NCBI GenBank assembly: GCA_030390025.1
Contig: CM059431.1
Span: forward strand, 129,830,001-129,894,000
Length of the DNA: 64,000 nucleotides
DNA from: Squalus acanthias
Lineage: Eukaryota
Direction of reading: 5' to 3'
Shown: positions 1 to 11,872 of the stretch, in pieces
Position numbering within the stretch: the stretch's first letter is position 1
How the letters are laid out: every line of letters begins with the position of its first letter
Position numbers and translations under genes: made by a program
The notes under the pieces: generated by a model
What the model was told of the DNA's origin: nothing
Databases searched by the model: none
The model's input: the letters and a program-made list of their open reading frames with translations, nothing else

Positions 1-527
1 TTCACAGTTCGCCGTCCATTGCTGCATCCGGGAGGTAACAGATGCTCCCTACAGAAGGAGAAGGGAGTACATCTCATTCCCCCATGACCAGAGAGAAACA
101 AGATGAACGCTCATGTGGCTTTGCAAGGATAGCGGGCTTCCCCGTGGTTCAGGGCGCCATTGACTGCACCCACGTGGCATTGCGGGCACCTCCTCACAAT
201 GCAGAGGTGTTCCGCAACCGCAAAGGCTACCACTCTCTGAACGTTCAGTTGGTGTGCGACCACAGACAGCGCATCCTCGCCGTCAATACCCGCTATCCTG
301 GCAGCAGCAACGATGCATTCATCCTGCGACAGACTGGTGTCCCAGCACTGTTGCCACCCACCACATGAAGCTCGCGGCTGGCTGCTCAGAGACAAGGGTT
401 ATCCACTCGCCACCTGGCTGATGACACCCCTCCACAACCCCAACACTCCTGCTCAGCATGCATACAATGACAGCCATAGCGCCACCAGGAACCTGATCGA
501 ACACACTATCGGGGTGTTAAAGCAAAG
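1..527 (+). pseudogene. Harbinger DDE transposase fragment (frameshifted, C-terminally truncated)
   Basis: Motifs [40 protein letters not shown], then in another frame DKGYPL…WLMTP and [14 protein letters not shown]. Homology stops abruptly at about 527. Confidence 0.9.
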
Positions 528-2672
528 GCCCAGCTGCAGACTGCACCACCTCAGCATGGGCGGCAGCAGTCTGGGCTGGCTGGGTTACAGGCTGCGACAA
601 GTGCAATGGTGGAGTGGCAGTGGTGGGAGCAGGAATGCTGTCATCCTGAGAGAGGACAGCACCTTCCTGCTTGACCGACACACTGCCACTCCCCCGGGGC
701 AGAACCTCAGCATTCGGAGAAATCTGCTCGAGCACAGATTGCTGGCCTGCTGCGGCACCGTGAGATCCCCGGTGGACTGTGGGCGACCCAGCGACAATGG
801 CAGCAGTCAGCGCTTGCGTGGCATCAATCTGAGACTGCATGAGTGCACTCTGAGATTGCATGCCAGCAACCACCGACTCCATTACAGCACTAAGCCGTTG
901 TGTTGCCTCAACCTGTGCTCTGGGTCCCCACGGTCTTGCTGCGAATTGACCATCCTTCGCAAACTGCCAAGGATGGGCTCGATGGTGTGTGCAGAGATTA
1001 GTGCAAAGTTGGAGGCGGACTCCTCCAAGCTCCTAGCCAGTGCATCATGCTCTCGGGCACCCTTGCCATTGCACCCATGAACTCGGTGTGCATGCCCATC
1101 GCCCGTGTGGTCATCGCCTCCACATCAAGGTCTACGTCTGTGTCCTGTGCAGCAGAACTCACGCGTGAACTCACCCTCGGGGAGATGGCCCCCGAGCTTC
1201 CCTTTCCCCGTGGCGTTGCTGCAGCCCGCTGGGTCCCAGAGCTTCACCCACATCTGACCCATCTACTAGGCTCCTCTCCAGCGACCGCATCACCCCATTA
1301 TCGGACCTAGTGCCTTCGGGAGACACAGGCAGTGTGGCTCTGGCTTGTTCTTCCTCCTCGTCTCCCGCGTCGCTGCCACTGGGAGGCTGAGGGACAGGCT
1401 GGTCATGTGATGGCTGATTATCTGAAAGCATAAAGGCACAAGAGTGGGGTTAAGGTCAGGGGAGGGGGGCAGGAAGGGAGCAAGGAATGGAGACAGTATA
1501 CTTAGATGGAAAGTGGGAAAGGTGTGAGGGGAAAAAAAAGACTTGCATTTATATGGCGCCTTTCTTGACCACTGGACGTCTCAAAGCACTTTACAGCCAA
1601 TGAAGTGCTATTTGGAGTGTAGTCACTGTTGTAATGTGGCAGCCAATTTGCGCACAGCAAGCTCCCACAAACAGCAATGAAATAATGACCAGATAATCTG
1701 TTTTTGTTATGTTGGTTGAGGGATAAATATTGTCCAGGACATCGGGGACAACTGCCCTGCTCTTCTTTGAAATAGCTGCCATGGGATCTTTTACGTCCAC
1801 CTGAAAGAGCAGACGGGGCCTCAGTTTAACATCTCATCCGAAAGACAGCACCTCCGACAACGCAGCACTCCCTCAACACTGCACTGGAGTGTCAGCCTAG
1901 ATTTATGTGCTTAAGTCCCTGGAGTGGGACTTGAACCCACAACCTTCTGACTCAGAGGCGAGTGTGCTACCCACTGAGCCACAGCTGACACAGCTCGAAG
2001 GAAGTGCTATGAGAAAAGAGGGAGAGGTGATGAACATACCGTTGTTGTCCCCAAGGGGGTCGACATCTCCGACGGCCGCAGCACACACAACCTGGGCGGC
2101 AATGATGCGGCCCACTCACTCCTCCAGGTCTGTAAGGGGGTACAGGTCTGCCTCACCTCCTCCAGTGCGTACTTGCTCCCTCCTGTTGTGAGTAAGCTTG
2201 GCCTACAAGAAAAAGGAAAGCGTGTGAGTGAGTGTGCAGCTATGTGTTTGACATATGTGCCTACCATAGTTGAATGGCTGTTAATGTATGCAAGGCGTGA
2301 GATGTGCATTTCACTTTTAGTTGGTGGGCATAGTTGGTGGGTGAGTGTTCAGTATGTGGTGGTTTATACAGTGTGTGCACAGAGTGAGGTTGAGATGTGG
2401 CATGTAGAGGTTTTTGAAGCATCTACTCACCCTGATCCCCAGAGTGAGGTCGTTGAATTTATCCGGCACTGGGTGGGAGTTCTGGGGACCACACTTCTAG
2501 CTGACACGTGCTGGGCGACCTCCCTCCACATCCTCCTAAAGGCCTGTGGCAATGGCCTCCTGCCAGGGTCCGGGAAGAGCACTGCCCGTCGAAGTTCCAT
2601 GGCCGCAACCAGAGCCTCCAATGCCTGGTCGCTGAACCGGCGAGCTCTCTCTCTGGGCCTCTGATCAGCCAC
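517..2672 (-). pseudogene. Harbinger Myb/SANT-like DNA-binding gene, 3 exons (about 2672-2431, 2202-2040, 1421-517)
   Basis: Exon 1 RARRFSDQALEALV…WREVAQHVSARSVVPRTPTQCR (Myb/SANT-like). Exon 2 KLTHNRREQVRTGGG. GT/AG sites visible on the - strand. Frameshifts present. Confidence 0.8.
1533..1991 (-). mobile_element. tRNA-derived SINE, SacSINE1/DeuSINE-like, nested in intron 2 of the Harbinger Myb gene
   Basis: - strand head gtgtcagctgtggctcagtggg…gggttcaagtcccactcc (A and B boxes). L2-like tail …atataaatgcaagtc. Confidence 0.8.
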
Positions 2673-3786
2673 CAGTTGCTTGAATGAAGGCTTGCAGCTC
2701 CTTGCAGGCCCAGTTCACAAGCAGCAATGATCAGAGTGAGGCTGTGCAGCATGATTGAACCTCCCCTTTAAGAACTGGAAGGCGCCAGTCTGTCTGAGGA
2801 CTCTCTAATTGACAGTGCCGGATCTTGATTAGCACTCTGAAGGTAGTGCCCCGCTCTGCGACGTTAGCGCCCTAAGAGAAGTGTGTAGTGCTTGATTTAG
2901 CGCTCCACTTCCCTCTTGGGCCGCTAAAACTCAATTTCGCGTTTGCCGATGCTAATTAGTGCCGGGCGCTAAAGTTGGCACCCAGGCGATGTCAGCGTCC
3001 CAAAATGGTCAATACCGAATTTTTCCCCCAGGGTCTTTTAAATAATCAGAGTCAGCCCCACATCTGTAGCAGCGCAACATTGGCACCTGCTCTGCATCGT
3101 CAGCAGAAACTTGGTGCAGTACCCTGCCGCTCTGAGAGGGGGAGCAAAAGACGGCTCAGGCCGAAGAGGACGAGGTGGAAACCTTTTTCTGGAATCCCTC
3201 GACAATCGATGCCTTGGGCAAAGGTAATCAATCTTTCCAGTAAAACACTGGGGAGAGGAATTTCAGATCAATGTGTCAAGCATTCATTCATTCGTATCCT
3301 ACGGCATAATTTCAAGGTCTAAATGCTTAACTCTAAAGAAAAAGCTTCACAAAGATTAAAGACTTGTGGCATTGTAACTTTAAATTACTGCCTATGATAT
3401 GCCCCAGCATAACACGGGATAAACCATACTTGTAACTATTTTCTTCAAATACAACTAATTAGTAATTTTTTTAAAGTTCATATTTTATACATCTAATTTG
3501 CCCTTCCTGTCTAAATTTCTCACCTCACACGCTATTGAGTTTAGGACAGAACAAGTTACCCATGCTGCTCTTTCACACTTTCCATATGTCCCATCGTAAT
3601 GTCATGTCTTTTGCTTCACACCTCACAACAAGGCTAAGATTGGAAAGCTCACCATATGATGGAAACCTGCATCCCACACAGCAAAGCACATTGGAACACA
3701 AGGATATAAGGATTTTCTTTGTACACTTTTTTTAACCCTCCACTACAAATAGCAAATATTGGAAATTCTCCCATTATATTTACAAT

Positions 3787-4170
3787 GGCCCAGATTTTGT
3801 TGCCAAAATAACAATGAGTTTAATGGCGCTCGTTGTTATTAATGTGTAAATTGTCCAGCAACTTGTGGCAAGAAAGAGATAACCTGTGAATTGTCCACAA
3901 ATTGCTGGACGATTTGCACCACCCCACAATTAGCCTGGAGAAAGCAACAGCTTGCCCTCAACCTCCCCGTGAGTTTCATGATATTGCTGCATTTGCGCAT
4001 TAATTGCCAATTAAACTCACCGCAGAAAGTTAGGGCTGCTATGTAACAGCGTAAGTACCTTTTTAATGAGGAGATTTATCATCCTGCATTGCCACTCAAC
4101 CTCTCCAGCCCAGAAAGGGAACAACATAAACCGTGTAGTCTAATTCCTATAGGTAGCAAATTGTTGGTTC
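3787..4170. mobile_element. Harbinger-like MITE fragment (left end), interrupted by L2
   Basis: Starts ggcccagattttg, matching the reverse complement of the terminus at 13786-13800. Confidence 0.5.
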
Positions 4171-4174
4171 CAGT

Positions 4175-5248
4175 CACCTGGAAATCGGCTGGTTCCATTT
4201 CTATCTATCGTAGCCAGAGAATCACCTGCAATGGCTTCTCTTCCTGCTCCCGTACCATTACTTCTGCAGTCCCCCAAGGATATATCCTTGGTCCACTCCT
4301 ATTTCTCATCTATATGCTGCCCCTCACATCATCCGAAAACACATCAGCTTCCACATGTATGCTGAGGACACCCAGCTCCACCTCACCACCACCGCTCTTG
4401 GCCCCTCTAATACCTTTGATTTGTCACGCTGCTTGTCCGACATCCAGTATTGGATGAGCAGAAATTTTCACCAATTAAATATTGGGCAGTCCAAAACCAT
4501 TGTCTTCAGTCCCTGGCACTAACTCCATCCCTCTCCCTGGCCAATGTCTGAGGCTGAATCAGACTGTTTGCAACCTTGGCATCCTATTTGACTTTGAGAT
4601 AAGCTTCCACCAATATCCTCTCCATCATGAAGACCGCCTACTTTCACCTCTGTAACATTGTCCATCTCCGCCCCTGCCTCAGCTCATCTGCTGCTGAAAC
4701 CCTCCTCCATGCCTTTGTTACCTCTAGACTCAACTATTCCAATGCTCTCCTGGCTGAGCTCTCATCTTGCACCCTCCGTAAACTTGAGCTCATCCAAAAC
4801 TCTGCTGCCCGAATCGTAATTCACACCAACTCCTGTTCACCCACCACTCCTCGATTTTATAATTCACCCCATTTTCAAATCCCTCCATGTCCTCATCCCT
4901 CCCTATCTCTCTAACCTCCTCCAGCCGTACAACTCTCTGAGATCTCTGCGCTCCTCCAATTCTGACCTCTTGCACATCCCCGATTTTCATTGTTCCACCA
5001 TTGGCGGCCATGCCTTCAGCTGCCTAGGTTCTAAGCTCTGGAGTTCTCTCCCTAAACTTCTCCGCCTCTCTACCTCTCTCTTCTCCTTTTAAGATGCTCC
5101 TTAACCTACCTTAGTCTACCGCTTTGACCAAGCTTTTGCTCACCTGTCCGAATATCTTGTTATGTGGCTCGGTGTCAAATTTTGTTTGATGATCACTCCT
5201 GTGAAGTACCCTGGGACGTTTTACTGTGTTAAAATGCAAGTTGTTGTT
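4175..5248 (+). mobile_element. L2 LINE 3' fragment (degenerate RT)
   Basis: VPQGYILGPLLFLIYMLPL, AETLLHAFVTSRLNYSNALL; ends aaatgcaagttgttgtt. Confidence 0.85.
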
Positions 5249-6089
5249 AGAGATTTTTAAAATGTAACACCATAATTTTTCTCTGGGGTTCTTCCGATAG
5301 GCCACCGTAACTTCTGCAGAAGATCTGCGGAAACCCTGTTTTTGTGGAGTATCAGAGTTTCTGACTATCTTCTGCCAAAGTTACAGCCAATGATCAGGAC
5401 CCTCAAGGCAATTCCAGGTGATAGTGACTAGAGGAAATCTTCTCATATTCCACATTCCCTATCTGGCTTCATATGTCTTTCCTTTTGTTTTCCTCTACGA
5501 GCTCCCTTTTTTCTGTCTTGTTAACATTATTTATCCACCTGTTCACACAAGATTCTTTTCCCTGCCCTGTGCAGTACAGTTTTATTTTGTTGAAGTGAGC
5601 AGGATGCCCAGCAGAACGTTCACTTCCCAGGCTTTTGCCTCTCTTCCAGAATCTCGAATATTCCTTGTTACACTGACGGAATTCTTTGGAAAGTCAAATC
5701 CAACATTGATTAAAATAAAATATTGTAGTAATGGCTGCAGAACTCCTGTGAGATACAAAGAAAATCTTACTATTAAAAATCAACGCTTTGATTAATTTAG
5801 CACATTCCATTAAATTAAAGTGCACAGCATTGTTTATTACATTAGAGTTTTTTGAACTGAAAACATCACCAAACTTTACATTATAATGCAAGAAACTGCA
5901 ACTGCTCCATACGCAATGGACACCAGATGGAGTAAGTGTGCTAACTTTTTAGCATTATAATCTGAAAATTGTAGTTTAAAAAGGATGTTAATTATTAGAT
6001 GTGAAATAATAAATATGTGCTGAGCAATGAGGTATGCAAGAGATATTAGTGTCAGACCTTTGTAACTCACAAATTATTGGATTGATTTA

Positions 6090-7300
6090 CATAGAATCAT
6101 GCATAAATTACAACAGGAAACAGGCTGATCAGTCAAGCCAGTCTGTATTGGTGTTTATCATTTACTGACATTGGTGAAAAAAAAAAATTCTCATGTTTTC
6201 TGTTCTAAGACAATTTAATCTGATATCTGTATCTCCTTGTCCTAGACCCCCTCAACCACTGGAAACCATCTATTTCTATCTACTCTGTCCCATCCCTTCA
6301 TAATTTTAAACACCTCTAACAAACTACCCTTTAATATCCTATTTTTTAATGACAGCAGTCCCAATTTTTCAATTGTTTCTTCATATTTGTATTTCCTCAT
6401 ACCAGACAGCACCCGAGTAAATCTGTGCTGTACCCTCTCTATTGCTTCAACATCCTTCCTATAGTGTGCAGTCCAAAACCGCACACAGTAGTCCAACTAT
6501 GGTTTTACTAAGGTTTTATATAGATTCATCATTAGATCCTGACTTTTATAATCTATACTTACTTTAAAACTCAGCATTACATTAACTTTTTTTAATGGCC
6601 ATATCCACTTGAGATGCTGCCTTTAATGTCTTCTGAACCTGAACCCCCAAATCCCTCTGCTCTTCCACATCATCCAGCCTTCCCCCATTTAAAATATCAT
6701 TATTACTTTTATTTTTTTACCAAGTTGTATCACCTCACATTTACTGATGTTGAATTCCATTTGCCATTTTTTGCCCATTTGACCCTCGTCAATATCTTCT
6801 TTTAGCTGCCGTTGGTCCACAGAATTATGTATTATGGGGTAAAAATTAGTTAGCGACCATTTTGTATCGCTAACATCGCCTGCGCCCGGCGAAAAATAGC
6901 GCCGGCGATCGCTTAATTCAGTTTTAGCACCCAGGCGAAAAGTCGTTTGCGTCCCCGGGGGGGCTAACGAGAGGTGCAAATGCACTGAATTTCTAGCCCT
7001 ATGTCTTTGATTTTAGTATTACCTGCAAAGTTGGACACTGCTCCCTCTAGCCCTATTTTAAAAATCATCAATGTACATAATAAAAAGAAGTCATCTCAAA
7101 ACAACCCTGTGGGAAACCACTACTCACTTTCAAACACTCTGAGAAGCTGCCCTTGACTCTCTGTTTCCTCCCTTCTAACCAGTTTTAATTCAAGTTCCTA
7201 CCCTTACCCTAATTTCATACCCCTTAATCTTCCCCGATAGTGTCCTGTATGGTACCTTGTTAAAGTCTTTCTGACGTCCATGCATTTTCCCCATCCACCA
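6090..7300 (-). mobile_element. CR1 LINE 3' fragment, old, with nested MITE
   Basis: YCVRFWTAHYRKDVEAIERVQHRFTR and KWQMEFNISKCEVIQLG in - strand ORFs. Confidence 0.85.
6836..6999. mobile_element. 164-bp Harbinger-type MITE
   Basis: TIRs GGGGTAAAAATTAGT / ACTGAATTTCTAGCCC; 3-bp TSD tat (6833-6835, 7000-7002). Confidence 0.85.
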
Positions 7301-7754
7301 TATCTTTCACTTCCTCAAAGATTTTTGATTGATGATGTTTTGCTACATACAGCTTCTATATATCATATGTCTTATACTTATACGTGGAGTGATATTCTAA
7401 TATATGTGGACCGATTATGTGGTCCCATCACAGTGGTGGTGGAATATCTGCTTCTCGGTACTTGTGCACTGACATGACCTTGCCCAGGTTTGAGGTTAGG
7501 CCATTTAAAGGGATGTGGCTACACAGAGGGGAAAAAATCTTTCCGCCTTTAGAAAAGCTGAAAATAATTTTTTAAATATTTGTCAGCCTTTCTGAATGCT
7601 GTAATGGGGTGACAAAAAAAGGTGGCAGGCTAAATTCAAGTGAAGGCAAACCAAATACTGAGGTATGAAATTATGTCTGTGGGCAAGTGAAAGAAAGGGG
7701 CAGCTCCTGACTCCTATTTGATGGCGAGTGAAGTTGCTGCATGAGATAGGTGTA

Positions 7755-8588
7755 CTCTTCTGGTTAAAACAATAAAACTGTAACTTAACAGAAAACATTA
7801 AAAGAACCGTAACAACTTAAATTAAAATTGTATTCCTCGGCGTGATGATGCACTCCAGTCCCTGCGGTGCCCACCGGTCGTGGAAGGCCTTGAGCGTGCC
7901 GGCGGACACCGCGTGCTCCATTTCCAGGGCCACCTGGGCACGAACGTGGCCGCGGAAGAGAGGCAGGCAGTCGGGCTGAACGTCCCCCTTGACCGCCCAC
8001 TGCCTGGACCAGTTGATGGCCACTTTGGCCAGGCCCAGGAGCAGTCCCACGAGGAATTCCCCCGATCTGCCCGCTCCCCTCCACACCGGGTGACCAAAGA
8101 TCAGGAGCGTGGTACTGAAGTGCAGCCAAAAACCGAGGAGCAGCCCCTTCAAATAATGGAAGAGGGGCTGCAACCTCTCACACTCCATATATACATGGAA
8201 CACGGACTCCTCCAGGTCGCAGTAAAGGCAGGTGGCCTGGGAGTCCGTGAACCTACTTAAAACCATATTGTACAGGACTGCTCCGTGCAACACCCTCCAG
8301 GCCAAGTCCCCAATAGAAAAAGGGAGGACTCCCGCGTAGAGAGCCCTCCATTGGGGACCTCCACCTCCGCCGGACGGCAAGATGCTACGCCAAAGCGTGT
8401 CCGGACGGCAGACGAAGATGGCAAAGTGGAGAGTGTGCAGGAGCAGCCCATACAGGAAACCCATCCGTGCAGAATGAAAAGGCACGGAGGGCATTTCCCA
8501 GAGATGGCTCAAGTTGTGAGGCGCCGGTTCCCGAGAGGGGTTTCGGGGCTGGGCGCCGATGAGAATTCCGTCCGAACATGGGTCAATT
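7755..8588 (-). mobile_element. Tx1/L1-clade LINE 3' fragment, copy A
   Basis: C-terminal ORF2 with zf-RVT-like motif DLAWRVLHGAV…CLYCDLEESVFHVYMECERL; bounded by atgagataggtgta at 7741-7754 and 8589-8602. Confidence 0.85.
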
Positions 8589-8602
8589 ATGAGATAGGTG
8601 TA

Positions 8603-9432
8603 CTCTTCTGGTTGGGTGATTAAACGAATCGTCCGTAACTTAATAAAACATTAAATAAAACTTAACAAATTAAATTAAAATTTAATTGGCCGGGGTGATG
8701 ATGCACTCCAGTCCCCGCGGTGCCCACCGGTCGTGGAAGGCCTCAAGCGTGCCAGCAGACACCGCGTGCTCCATCTCCAAGGCCACCCAGGCGCGAACGT
8801 GGCTGCGGAAGAGAGGCAGGCAATCGGGCCGAACGACCCCCTCGACCGCCCGCTGCCTGGACCAGTTAATGGTTTTTTTGGCCAGGCCCAGGAGCAGTCC
8901 AACGAGGAGGTCCTCCGATCTGCCCGCTCCCCTCCGCACCGGTTGACCAAAGATCAGGAGCGTGGGACTGAAGTGCAGCCAAAAATCGAGGAGCTGCCCC
9001 TTCAGATAATGGAAGAGGGGCTGCAACCTCTCGCATTCCATATAAACGTGGAACACGGACTCCTCCAGGCCGCAGAAAAGGCAGGCGGCCTGGGAGTTCG
9101 TGAACCTATTTAAAAACCATATTGCACGGGACTGCTCCGTCCAGGCCAAGTCCCCAATAGAAAAAGGGAGGACTCCCGCGTAGAGAGCCCTCCATTGGGG
9201 ACCTCCGCCTCCGCTGAACGGCAAGATGGTGCGCCAAGGCGTGTCCGGACGGCAGACGAAGATGGCAAAGTGGAGAGTGTGCAGGAGCAGCCCGTACAGG
9301 AAACCCCTCCGTGCAGAATGAAAAGGCACGGAGGACATTTCCCCGAGTCGGCTCAAGTTGTGAGGCGCCAGTTCCCAAGAAGGTTTCGGGGCTGGGCGCC
9401 GATGAGGAATTTCGTCCGAATGTGGGTCAGTT
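8603..9432 (-). mobile_element. Tx1/L1-clade LINE 3' fragment, copy B
   Basis: Homologous to copy A (CLFCGLEESVFHVYMECERL); bounded by atgagataggtgta at 8589-8602 and 9433-9446. Confidence 0.85.
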
Positions 9433-9683
9433 ATGAGATAGGTGTAAGGAGTGTTTGTTCTGATTGGCACACTAAGGCACGCTTCCCACAAGACAGCACT
9501 GCCTGGCAGGAGGTGGATGACCAGGCTTAATACTGTCTACAGTATTTGCAGGATTTTAGAACAGTTATGAGATGAAATGGCATTCTTTAAGGACCTGATG
9601 CGGAGATGCCGGTGTTGGACTGGGGTGGACAAAATTGAGAGGTCGCACAACACCAGGTTATAGTCCAACAGTTTTATTTGAAA

Positions 9684-9721
9684 TCACAAGCTTTCGGAGT
9701 TACTACTCCTTCGTCGGGTGA
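9684..9721 (-). ncRNA. Minimal hammerhead motif, copy in the inverted arm
   Basis: Exact reverse complement of 11873-11910. Confidence 0.7.
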
Positions 9722-10281
9722 AGTAAAGAGATACAGAATCGCCAAAGCATATATAGATAGAGAACAATGCATGTGTACCTTACAATTGCAGACAACTAAA
9801 TTTAATCATCCTGACTGTTTATCTGCCGAGGTGTGATAAAGTTAATCAGGTCAGCCAGGAAGGTACCACATCAAAGACATAGCAAGATACAACTGAGACA
9901 ATGAGGTGGAGTCGCATGTGGTCTAACGTGTCAAAAGCTGCCGTCTGTATGTAAAACGATTAACTTTAAAATTTTTACTTTTTTACTGGGAATCACATCT
10001 GTGAACAAGCCACCGACGACTCGAGTCCGGATCACGTCATGTATCGTGACATAAACCCAAGATCCCGGTTGAGACCGTCTTCATGAGTGCGGAACTTGGC
10101 TATCAGTTTCTGCTCGATGATTTTGCGTTGTCGTGTTTTCCTAAGGCCGCCTTGGAGAACGCTTACCCGCAGATCCGAGGCTGAATGTCCTTGACTGCTG
10201 AAGTGTTCCCCGACTGGGAGGTAACAATCCTGCCTGGCGATTGTTGCACGGTGCTCGTTCATACGTTGTCTCTGTGTCTGC

Positions 10282-11562
10282 ATGGTCTCGCCGATGTACC
10301 ATGCCGCGATGCATTCTTTCCTGCAACGTATGACCTTCGACAACCATTTTTTTACCCAAACACACGGAACCGTCATGGGGACCAAATTCGCACCCCAATA
10401 CGCCAACATCTTCATGCACAAGTTCGAGCACGACTTCTTCGCTGCACAGGACCTCCAGCCAACGCTGTACACCAGATACATCGACGACATTTTCTTCCTT
10501 TGGACCCATGGCGAAGGATCACTGAAAAGACTACACGATAACATAAACAAGTTCCATCCCACCATCAAACTCACCATGGACTACTCCTCAGAATCGGTTT
10601 CATTCCTGGACACACGAATCTCCATCAAAGACGGACACCTCAGCACTTCACTCTACCGCAAGCCCACGGACAACCTCACGATGCTCCACTTCTCCAGCTT
10701 CCACCCTAACCACGTTAAAGAAGCCATCCCCTATGGACAAGCCCTGCGAATACACAGGATCTGCTCAGACGAGGAGGAACGCGATGGACACCTACGGACG
10801 CTGAAAAACGCCCTCGTAAGAACGGGATATGACGCTCGACTCATCGATCGACAGTTCCGACGGGCCACAGCGAAAAATCGCATAGACCTCCTCAGAAGGC
10901 GAACACGGGACACAACCAACAGGGTACCCTACGTCGTCCAGTACTTCCCCGGAGCGGATAAACTACGCCATGTTCTTCGCAGCCTTCAACATGTCATCGA
11001 TGACGACAAACACCTCGCTAAGGCCATCCCCACGCCTCCACTACTTGCCTTCAAACAGCCGCCTAACCTCAGAAGTACCATCGTTCGCAGCAAATTACCC
11101 AGCTTTCAGGATAACAGCGACCACGACACCACACAACCCTGCCACGGCAAACTCTGCAAGACATGCCAGATCATCAACACAGATACCATCATCACACGTG
11201 AGGACACTACCCACCAGGTACATGGTACATACTCATGTGACTCGGCCAACGTTGTCTACCTCATACGTTGCAGGAAAGAATGCACCGCGGCATGGTACAT
11301 CGGCGAGACCATGCAGACACTGAGACAACGTATGAACGAGCACCGTGCAACAATCGCCAGGCAGGATTGTTACCTCCCAGTCGGGGAACACTTCAGCAGT
11401 CAAGGACATTCAGCCTCGGATCTGCGGGTAAGCGTTCTCCAAGGCGGCCTTAGGAAAACACGACAACACAAAATCATCGAGCAGAAACTGATAGCCAAGT
11501 TCCGCACTCATGAAGACGGTCTCAACCGGGATCTTGGGTTTATGTCACGATACATGACGTGA
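10282..11562 (+). CDS. Penelope-like RT C-terminal half + Cys-rich linker + GIY-YIG endonuclease (426-aa open frame; first ~17 codons come from the inverted arm)
   Basis: GTVMGTKFAPQYANIFM, RYIDDIF (catalytic), SFLDT, LYRKPT; linker CHGKLCKTC; NVVYLIRC…WYIGET…QRMNEH…HF…E…GLN. Confidence 0.9.
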   Translation: MVSPMYHAAMHSFLQRMTFDNHFFTQTHGTVMGTKFAPQYANIFMHKFEHDFFAAQDLQPTLYTRYIDDIFFLWTHGEGSLKRLHDNINKFHPTIKLTMDYSSESVSFLDTRISIKDGHLSTSLYRKPTDNLTMLHFSSFHPNHVKEAIPYGQALRIHRICSDEEERDGHLRTLKNALVRTGYDARLIDRQFRRATAKNRIDLLRRRTRDTTNRVPYVVQYFPGADKLRHVLRSLQHVIDDDKHLAKAIPTPPLLAFKQPPNLRSTIVRSKLPSFQDNSDHDTTQPCHGKLCKTCQIINTDTIITREDTTHQVHGTYSCDSANVVYLIRCRKECTAAWYIGETMQTLRQRMNEHRATIARQDCYLPVGEHFSSQGHSASDLRVSVLQGGLRKTRQHKIIEQKLIAKFRTHEDGLNRDLGFMSRYMT

Positions 11563-11872
11563 TCCGGACTCGAGTCGTCGGTGGCTTGTTCACAGATGTG
11601 ATTCCCAGTAAAAAAGTAAAAATTTTAAAGTTAATCGTTTTACATACAGACGGCAGCTTTTGACACGTTAGACCACATGCGACTCCACCTCATTGTCTCA
11701 GTTGTATCTTGCTATGTCTTTGATGTGGTACCTTCCTGGCTGACCTGATTAACTTTATCACACCTCGGCAGATAAACAGTCAGGATGATTAAATTTAGTT
11801 GTCTGCAATTGTAAGGTACACATGCATTGTTCTCTATCTATATATGCTTTGGCGATTCTGTATCTCTTTACT

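Larger units (their letters stand above)
1..3029. mobile_element. PIF/Harbinger DNA transposon, right part (left end outside window), internally deleted
   Basis: HARBI1-like transposase remnant (+) convergent with a Myb/SANT gene (-). TIR aataccgaatttttccccc ends at 3029 (reverse complement GGGGGAAAAATTCGGT). Confidence 0.9.

Noticed and set aside
313..1080. 255-aa ORF as a novel gene
   Set aside because: Chimera of a transposase remnant fused by deletion to the antisense of the Myb gene's last exon.
7741..9446. CRISPR-like repeat-spacer array or LTR element
   Set aside because: Eukaryotic context; the spacers are homologous LINE fragments and the repeats behave as target-site duplications.
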